Of a stretch of 64,000 nt of DNA, positions 26,312 through 36,200 are shown one piece after another. Position 1 is the first letter of the stretch, and the number at the start of each line of letters is the position of its first letter. The DNA lies in NCBI GenBank assembly GCA_965203295.1, contig CBDBCZ010000014.1:608001-672000 (forward strand), given 5' to 3'. Both the position numbers and the translations under genes were made by a program. The DNA comes from Nitrospirales bacterium. Lineage in GTDB: Bacteria > Nitrospirota > Nitrospiria > Nitrospirales > UBA8639. Under the pieces are notes generated by a model, which saw only the letters and a program-made list of their open reading frames with translations, was not told the origin of the DNA and did no database searches.

Positions 26312-26812
26312 TTACCCCGCGCGCGTATGCGCAAAGCGGGGTTAAGTAATCGGTTTTGTCCGTCTGTTGTCGTCGTTGTCCTTGTTGTCTGTCACAAAAT
26401 ATTTTGAAAAATCTCTCAAACGGGCGATTATGAGGCTATAACGACTCCTAAACAGAAGGCTAACGCTGAAATCCGCGATGCATTAGCCTGTCTGTACCTG
26501 ATATAGTAGAAAGCGGTTTTATTCTCGGCATTTCCACGCTGTTTCTGATTATCGGTGTGTTCCACCATTTTTTTTAATACGGCAGTTGGTCACGCCTACA
26601 GCTTGAATACGGACATACGCGAGCCCTCGAGTATGGTATACGAGTCTTTTATTCAACACGGAGCTTAGAAGCAGATAGAAAGCATACTGAAAAGAAACAG
26701 AGAAACGCATGTATCACTACTACGGCGATCAGCCACGCCTACAGCTCGCCTTACGGCGCTACAGTCTGCAGGGTCCAGGAGCGCGGGGTATGTCTCTGCT
26801 AGAGACCTCTAG
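26312..26812 (+). mobile_element. Non-autonomous Helentron/HINE-like element
   Basis: 5' TTACCCCGCGC with a hairpin and GTC-rich microsatellite, subterminal GCGCGGGGTA, hairpin GTCTCTgctAGAGAC, CTAG end. Absent from the opposite arm. Confidence 0.8.
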
Positions 26813-29800
26813 TTAATTTAAGGTATATAGCATTTTTTCACTCCTTGGCCCACTGTTGTTTAGAACCATGGGAAACAGTATGATGTTTTGCTACTGTGGA
26901 CAATTCTAACTTCTAAGTAGATACATTAACAGGTACGGATCGAGATGACTGCAGTTGCGACTATAGAGTCTATGGGAGTGATCCTCGGAGGTCGTAGTCC
27001 TATCCCACCTCGGTTCTACCACAAGTGTCTGTTTTTTCCTTTGCAGGAAACACTCAAGAAATTGAAATCCATGAACTGCCTTGAAGCCAGTGGTGCATAT
27101 CAATGCCACTTGTAATCATCTTATGTCTATAAAGTTGATGTGTTATACATATTAATATTTGTGTACAGACTGCGGGCTGCGGTTCTAGCAGTAACGGGAG
27201 GGAGGAGCTGACTTCTCACGTGCATGCTAATCGTTAGTACTGTAGTAAGCTTTAATATAGTCTCACGCTAGTGTACGGTCTTGCTAGTGTACGGCCTTGC
27301 GTCGCTGCAGAGCAACTGCGAAGATCCTCAAGAAGTGTGGCTTTCTGAGTGAGTGCATGTTGGTGAGTGTAAAGCTTAGCAGAGAATACAGTAGCTTCAT
27401 TTAAGGTGACCGTAAGGTAAATTATTAGCAGCAACATCATCAGCACCATAAACCATTACTGATTCTCCAACTGAAACTAGTATGACTCAATGAATTACTC
27501 CACAATGGCATATATACCAAGAGCCAAGTGTGAGGGACAGCCAAAGACACTAGTGTTAGTAAAATACAGAGGCTGAGGATCATTACAAAATGATTGGACA
27601 TGTGCCTGACTCACTCGGGGAGGAGTGCACCCTGGCACTCAATGCCTACGACTTTATATATAAAGCCAATCAACCTTTCGGTAGCAGGTCAATGCACACT
27701 GCCATGCTCAGCGCTATCTGGCATGGTTACACAAGATTTAGCTACTTCTAAGCATGGAGGGTGAGTATGAAACATTCTTTGCTCATTTCTTCCTCGTCAA
27801 TCATCTTGCCTCCTCTTTCTTCTGGAGCTTCCAAACTATGCTCAGCACCACTACTGACTCTAGATCGATCTGAGCTGCTTGCTCTGTTCCTTTCCTGCTT
27901 TACTCTCCTGCACTTCATTTCTAAACTCTTCCAAGCTACCAACCATTTAGCAGTGCTTCATATAGAATTCTGTTTTTCACTGTCTCTGTAATCAATATAC
28001 CCCTCTCAAGACTAAGAAATGCCCAAAATCTCATCTTGCTTTCATGATTTGTCTTGGTTCCTTACACAGTTCCTTCTAGGGTTGCTTACCACTGTCATAC
28101 ACTGCATTGTTTGTTAAATATTAACGCAGTAGCAATCACTTATCTAATTGTCACTTGTTTTAGAAGTTGAAGCTTTTGGTATTTTTGAAGCACAGAGACA
28201 GATTTCCAATTAGCCAGGACTATACCTTATGAATACTATGAATTAACAACAACAAGTGACACAAATGACAGTAATTATTCTCAAGAAGCTACTCTCAAAA
28301 ATGTAAAGTGTTCAGTACCAATTCCCAATTAGTTATACAATGGAATACCGTAAATCCTAATAGTCAGGCTTAGATGTTGAGTATTTTTGTAAATACAATG
28401 AACTGGCTCCCTTAGTACTGTGAAACAGTCAAGGATCCTGTTCACTGGATTTGCTGTAATTGTACGTTCTGTTTCACATAAGTATGGAAGCCTGTTCGCC
28501 GTACTTAAAAAGTACTCAACCTTTAAATCAAAGCTGTTTCCTGGCTATTAGGACTGGTTTAAAACATAATAGCATAATTTTCCAAGAGTATGAAAGAGTA
28601 TGGTTCTTGAGGGTATAGAAATTTCTATACATCCCAAGGGTTCCTATTTGCCAGTCTTATAAAACACACAACTTTGAAAAGTGATTACTGTGAAGCCTCT
28701 AAATTAATCGTACCTGAAGAATAGTAACAGCTTCCTATTTAAATCTTCACGCTGATAATGTGCACACAGAACACATTACTTCACTTTTGTTCATGCAATA
28801 GTCCCTTACAGACAGCAGAATGACATAACAAAATGTGAGAATCAGCAAATAATGCCGCAACCGCTAACTACAAGAGATACTTGGAGCAGTTACTACTTCC
28901 AAAATAATTCCCCACTCTAATTGATAAGCACACACATAACCTTTCTTGTGTAAACACAACCATCATGTACAGACAGTATGCAAAACATATCACTTCAGTT
29001 AGCAATTGTAGAAGGAACCGTGTAAGAAACCATACTTCTGACAGCCCACCCGGAGATATCGTACTTGAATTAAACATTACTTTTCTTGTGTTTGCACATT
29101 GTCACTTCAGAGATTGCAGGCACAAAACATAGGTGGGGGGATATTAGTCACACAGAACACAATTGATGTTATATGAAATTTTACAGAACAGGAGTTATTG
29201 AATGTTCACCCACTCTGAGACTCACACACAACCTAAAAACAGGTGACCTGGTGTGCTGTGTGACACCCTACCGCCAACCTAAATAAGTGTGTTTTGACCA
29301 CTTTATTTCTAAGAGTGAAGAGCCACAGCCTCTAGCTACCAGAGAAAATGGAGAGGTAACAGCTTCCCAATTTCATTCCACACTCTAGTATAGCATACTT
29401 TTCTTACTCGCATAATGTTTAACTTAATTCAGAGATTGTATGCAGGTACAAAATATAGGTGAGCTACAATAGTTATAGACTTTCATTAGTAAGCAATGTT
29501 GTACTGTAGGCTTAGAGGGTGATGTATGTCCGGCAAGCAGGCACCCTGAGGTGCAATGTCGCTATTTCTTAGTAATCACTTTTCGGTTGCTCTTATACAT
29601 ATTCCTGGCCAATAATGAGGGTAGCTATTATAACCTAAGAGGGATTTCTATGAAGCAGTGACATTGTACCAAGGTTGCCTGTTCAACAGACATATATACA
29701 GAAGCACTCAACCTCTAAGCCAAGGTTATTTTCAGACTGTTTATCCTGGTGTAAACTATAATCCCAGAAATGTGGCTCTTGGTATTTATATAGTACTGAG

Positions 29801-31469
29801 ACGGATTCCCACCTTTAGTTTAATTATTCTTCTAGTGCGATGTGAAAGGGGGCTGTCAGTATGTAGGACATTTTCTTACAAGATTTGAGCTTAACCATGC
29901 GTTGCTTACTGAAGTTGTAATCTCTAGAGATATAACTACATAGACCATAATTGTTTCTCACTCTCTGAATTAACTGCATGAGATAAGGAGTGTGTACGTA
30001 TGCTTACTTAGAGTGGGGAAGCTGTTACTTTTCCTCTCTCTCTGGTAGCTAGAGGCTGTGGCTTTTGGTATCTCTGGAATACAGAGACAGATTCCCAATT
30101 AGCTAGGAATGCGTACCTTTCCTGACTTTGTGTGATCTCAACGTGGGCTGTCAGGGGTACCGCGCGCATGCAGAAATAAAGTGGAATGCGTTACAGGGAA
30201 ATTTGACAGGAAATCTGGCAGTTTAGGTACAGGACAGTATAGGATAGGGTAGAATTTCCTTTAAAATCATGAAATTCTGCCCTATCCTATACTACCTTAA
30301 ATTGTACCTGAAATACCAGATTTTCTGTCAAATTTCCTTGTAACACGTTTCAGGAAATTCCACTTTTTTCTACATTTTTTTACTGTACATGGTTGCTTAC
30401 ATGATTCCTTCTAGAGCTGCTTGCCGCGATTAGGTACTGCATAGTTTGTCTATTTTCACATTTTGTTCTGTCTGCTGTCTTTAAAGGAGAACTATGAACG
30501 CTAAATTAGAGCTGGGATGTGTTTGGGAAGCAGTCAATTATTTTTTCTCCCTGGTAGCTAGAGAGTGTGGCTCTTAGCATCTTCAAAATGCAAGGACTGA
30601 TTTCCTATTAGTTGTGCAAAGAAATATCCTTACTTCAATTCTTCAAATACAATATTTCACGGAGTGGGCTCTTAGTGGTACGAATCCTTACACGGTTCTT
30701 TCTAGAGTTGCTTGCTGATGTAGTATACTGTATTAATTTACTAGTTGTTTACCACCTATTGTTTGTACCGAATATCTCTAGCAGATCATTGTGAGAACAT
30801 ATGAAAAGTAATAGATGTAGGGCGGGGATGAAATTAGGAAGCAGTAGCTGCTCCAATTCTCTCTGGTAGAGAGAGGTTGTGGCTTTTGGTGTCCACCCTT
30901 CTTCAGGTATTGAAGTGCTATCTCAAAGTGGGCTGTCAGGGGTAGTGTTCCTGACTTGGTTCCTTACACGGTTCCATCTAGAGCAGCGTATTACGATTTT
31001 GTACTGCATATAATTTGGTTTGTTTTCACATTTATCCTGTCTTCTTTCCCTAAAGAATCATTGTGTTCACATGTGGAGAGTAAAGTATGCACTTACCAGA
31101 GTAGGCAATTATTTGGGAAGCACTAACTGCTCCAATTCTCTCTGCTAGGAATACACTGATCTCAAAGTTGGCTATCAGTACAAGACACGGTTCCTTATTA
31201 GACGTTTCTTCAACTGTTGATTATTAATGGCTCATTCCACTTTGCTTATTGAAGTTGTGTTCTGTGTGACTAATTATCTCCCACCTATGTTTCATTTTAG
31301 CAATCACTAATGGCAAACACAAGAAAGGTAATGTGTACAATTAATTAGAGTTGGAAATGAAATTGGGAATTTGGTTCAATAACCTCCCTGTTCCTTGAAT
31401 AAAGACTTCATTCTTCTGTACTTTAATTCAACCTCAGCGTGATCTGCATACTGTTTCTTGCGCAGTAAG

Positions 31470-31714
31470 AGCTACATGTAGTAAGTTTAGCTTGGTCATA
31501 CCTAAGTACATGCATGGTCTACGTTATTGTACACACATTCGTAGGCATACAGCAGATCTAGAGCTCAGCCTGTCCAGGTAGCTAGAGTGCGATAATATTT
31601 CCTAGGCGCTACCGTATTTCCTAGTACTAGTAAATTGAATCGCTCAGCGATAGTATTTCCTAGTAAATTTTGTCGCCGCGATCGAATTTCCGAGCGATCG
31701 AATTTACTGTGACA
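31470..31714 (-). mobile_element. Opposite (5') end fragment of the same Ginger-like element
   Basis: ~125 bp TIR ending AATTTACTGTGACA, followed by CCGT. Internal sequence differs from the 3' fragments. Left boundary approximate. Confidence 0.7.
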
Positions 31715-33168
31715 CCGTGTCTTGTACTGACAGCCAACTTTGAGATCAGTGCATATTCCTAGCAGAGAGAATTGGAGCCGTACCTCTCATTTCATGTATT
31801 ATTGGTATCGAGAACGCACAATGAACCGACAGCTAGCTAAGAAAAAGGAACCACGAAGTAAATAAATGCGGGGGCGGGGCACGCTACGATATGCGCCACG
31901 CGCGTCAATGCTTTTCGCGCCAGCTCACGCAGCTCTTGACTGCGTAAGAAAGTTGAACTCTCTAGAATTAAAGTGCGGAAGAATGAAGTCTCTACTCAAG
32001 GAACAGGGAGGTATAGGTATTATCAAATAATTTGTAGCAAGACCTGACAGTTCCCAATTTATACCCCATGCACCTAGCAGTTTCACGAGTTCACATGAAA
32101 CAGTAATTGATTGTAGGTATCTATCAATGGATGCATGTAAAGAACTTTGAGATTATACTTCTGTAAAATGGAAGCGGCAACATACAAGAAAGATTATAGA
32201 CGTCTGTTAACATTAAGGATTCTGAAGCATCTTGAAGAGGAGTACATATATCGTTATACCACATTACATCACATCCAAGGTGTTTGATTGGAGCAGAAGA
32301 GGAGTATAAAGGGTCATATACTACGTACATTTATGTTTTCATCTTTTAATATACTGCTTTCATGCAGTTTTTATGTATTATGACATCGTAAATAACTGCT
32401 GCCTCTGGGAATGCTAGCCCAGCGTTTCTAGGTACCTACTCCACCCGATTGGTCAAATGTTGTATAAGCCGGATATACCACGCCTAGGCAAGAAGCGATT
32501 GGCCGCCTGTGTATATGTATAGGATATACTCGAAGTATAAACGCGATTACTCCGCTAGGCTGTTTACCCTCGGCTATCGCCTCGGGTAAACCGTCTAGCG
32601 GAGTATATGTATAGGATATACCGCGTCAACGAGGAGTATAAACGCAGATAAACTCCGTTAGACAGTTTATCCGAGGCGTAGCCGAGGGTAAACCGTCTAG
32701 CGGAGTTTATCGCGTTTATACTCCGATTAGGCGTGGTATATCCGGCTTATATCACAGGCGGCCAATCGCTTCTTGCCGTTTGTCATCGCCATAGTTACCA
32801 TTCAGTAGTATTCATTTATTACGTAAACAAAAAACACGTCAACGAACATGAAAACACGCATGGAAAACATGAAAACAAAATAGTAGTATAAACACCTTTA
32901 TACTCCTCTCTGTAGCCAATGAATTTCTCCAAAAGTGATGTAATGTGTGTTTGGAACTGTCATAGACTGCTAACTTTGTTTTGTTTACTCGCACCCTGTT
33001 GCTCTCATTGAACTTTGTCATCATTACGAGTTTTTTTCTCTGTAATGTTTTTTCGCTTATTTGGAAAAAAATGAGATTTTCTGGAGAGACTCTAGAGTGA
33101 AGTAATTTAGCATGAGTAGCTAGGCAGTTTGTATCTAGTAGCATCCGGGAGAGGAACCCAACATTTTT

Positions 33169-33186
33169 TGGTCCTTCGAGCCGGAT
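33169..33186 (+). promoter_or_regulatory. Primer binding site complementary to the tRNA-Tyr 3' end
   Basis: TGGTCCTTCGAGCCGGAT just after the 5' LTR matches the reverse complement of the metazoan tRNA-Tyr end ...CCGGCTCGAAGGACCA. Confidence 0.85.
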
Positions 33187-33297
33187 ACTGTTGGAAACAG
33201 TCTCATGTTGCCCTGGTTCTTCTCTCCAAGCCGTGGACTTCGTTTTGTCGTTGTTTGACTGACCACGTGCTCCGAACTTTTATCGTCGCCTGCCGAC

Positions 33298-36200
33298 ATG
33301 TCTGAAGCTACTCAACGCTCTCTCTCTTCTAATCGGAAGAAAAGAGGTGTAGTTCGCGCCTCAATCACAAAGCTTGGTTCCCGAGTCACTGAACTCGAGG
33401 CAGCTACCAGCCTGCCTGGTACTGTTGACCGCGCGCGCCGCCTGACTACGCGCCTGGAGTCTCTGGCCGAAGAATTCAAGCTTCACCACTACTCCGTCAT
33501 TGATCTGCTTGATGGGGAAGAAGACCTTGCAAGAGAGCAAGAAATCTTCGATGAACAGGACGAAGATGTCTCTCAGCTCGCTCTCCGCCTTGAAGGGGTC
33601 ATCTCCACGTGTCCCGCTTCGGACCCTAGCCAATGCAAAATAGCCACCGGACGCCTCAAACATTTGGAAAAGCGTCTCTCATCAATTTTCAGCAGTGTCA
33701 CTTCGTTCCCTGCGGACGGTGATGTCTGTCTCCTTCAGCAGTTTGAGGAACAACTGTCAGATTTCAAGACGGAATTCTCTGACATTCATCGCGGCCTTAT
33801 CTCACTCGATGTTGACGACACCAGTGAACTTGGAGGATTACTGGCTCATGTCGAGAAGGCCATATTCGATCGTGGGCTTGAGATTCGAAGGCTCCTTCAC
33901 TCTCGCTCCTCTTCCTCCTCTCCCTCTTCAGTGTCTGACCCAACTGGCGTCAAGCTTCCAAAACTTGATGTCCCTACGTTTGACGGTAGTATTTTGAATT
34001 GGAAGACCTTTTGGGAGCAGTTTAGTGTCGCAGTACACGATAGGTCCAACCTCACTGATGCTGAGAAGTTGGCGTATCTTCGTCATGCCCTCAAGGCTGG
34101 CTCAGCCAAGTCTGTGATCGAAGGTCTCTCCCGATCAGGTGAGCAATATGAAGAAGCCATCACCTGTTTAAAGTCACGGTATGATCGTCCCCGCCTCATA
34201 CATCAGGCGCATGTACGAAAGATTCTGGAGATCCCCAATCTTAAGGATGGCAGTGGAAGGGAGCTACGTCGTCTCCATGACACCGCTCTGCAGCATCTCC
34301 GGGCTCTCAAATCCATGGGTCATGAACCCTCGGGGCCCTTCATCACGTCCATGCTTGAGCTGAAGCTGGATGTCAACACGACATTCGAATGGCAACGTCA
34401 CAGTCAGTCCTCTACGGATGTTCCTCACTACAAGCTACTTCTCGAATTCATCAACCTTCGTGCACAGGCCTCGGAAGCCGCCATATCTGACCCTACAAAG
34501 AAGCCATTCAAGAGTGACCCACTCCCTGCTAAGAGAAATTACAGGTCTGTTGCTTCGTTTGTTGCGAGCGCCAATTCATCCCCAGGCAGCTGTGTTGCTT
34601 GCAAATCCGAAAACCACCCACTGTATGTTTGCTCGCGATTCAAAGCTCTGAGTCATGCTGAGAAACTGTCCGTGTTGAGGACGAACAGCTTGTGCCTCAA
34701 CTGTCTACGACCTGGTCATTTTGTCAGCAGCTGCAAGTCTTTGCATAAGTGTCGAGTGTGTCAGAAGCCCCACCATACTCTTCTTCACCTTGGAGAAAGG
34801 GGCAGCATACCCGGTCCACTCACTACAGCTGCAGCGTCTGAAGTCTCGGTCTCCACTGCCTCTTCACTTCCGACTAACACCGTCCCAGCCTCAACTCCAA
34901 TCGCAACCAACGCTGCGGTGGGAATCAAATCTAATTTGCTGCTCATGACTTGCCGTGTCCTGGTGGAATCAGGTGACGGATCCTTGATGGAAGCAAGAGC
35001 AATCCTTGATTCTGGCTCATCTGCCTCATTTGTCTCGGAGCGTCTGACTCAGTGTCTTCGCCTTCCTCGTTTCAGCCAGAACACTCGGATTACAGGAGTC
35101 GCTGGGTTTGTTTGCAACTCTGCCCAACATGTCACAACATTCCAAGTCTCGTCAGTGCACCATCCGACCAAGAAGTTTGACGTCACTGCTGTCGTAGTCC
35201 CTCATGTGACCAGTGACTTGCCCCTCCAGCCCGTTCCCATTGATCTGAAGTGGGATCACCTCTCCGACCTACAGCTGGCCGACCCCCACTTTGGACAGCC
35301 TGGGAGGATTGATCTTCTGCTCGGCGTAGAGATTTTTGTAGAGGTGATGCTTCATGGCCGGCGGTGCGGCATTCCAGGCTCGCCTGTTGCCTTCGAGACC
35401 CAGTTCGGCTGGGTTCTGGCGGGAAGCACTGGCGTTAGTGCCCTGACTCAGGTGGCCACAACTCATCATGCCACACTCCTCACTGGAGATGATCTCCTAC
35501 GTAGCTTCTGGGAAGTTGAAAGGATCCCAGCCAAGGAATGTCTCACACCCGACGAATCCGCAGCGGTGACTCACTTCGAGAAACGTCACACCCGCCTGGA
35601 GAATGGCAGATTCTTGGTACCCTTGCCCAAGAAGGCTGAAAGGAAACCTCTGGGAGAATCCCGCTCCCAAGCTGTCCGCAGGTTTCTCGCGTTTGAGCGT
35701 TCTCTCCATTCCAGGGGTCTCTTCCCGGAGTTCAAGGCTGTGATCGAAGAGTACTTCACCATGGACCATGCGGAACCAGTTCCCGCGGTCGACCTGGAAA
35801 AGCCTCCGCAGTCTGTTTTCTACTTGCCAATGCATGCCGTGCGGAAACAGTCAAGCACCACAACCAAGGTACGAGCAGTTTTTGACGCATCAGCGAAGAC
35901 GTCTACTGGAATCTCTCTGAATGACACCCTGCTAGTCGGTCCCACTGTGCATTCATCCTTAGTGGACGTTCTACTCCGTTTTCGGCTCCATCGAGTTGCC
36001 CTGATTGCAGACGTTAGCAAGATGTATCGTGCCATCGCTCTCACACCTTCTGACCGAGATCTTCATCGTTTCGTTTGGAGAGATTCTCCTGACGTTCCTC
36101 TCAAGGATTGCCGGATGACTCGTGTCACGTTTGGAGTATCAGCATCATCTTTTATAGCGAACATGTCCGTCCGACAGAATGCCCTGGATCATGCCCTCGC

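Larger units (their letters stand above)
10675..31377 (+). repeat. Amplicon arm copy 2, left arm of the large palindrome
   Basis: Reverse complement of 40670-61246. Mirrored ORF pairs sum to 71073, 71084, 72566 and 72047, with the steps explained by indels and insertions. Confidence 0.97.

Noticed and set aside
27748..27991. Charged ORF MVAWKSLEMK... (mirror ~44270-44470)
   Set aside because: Short, frame differs between arms, and no recognisable homology.
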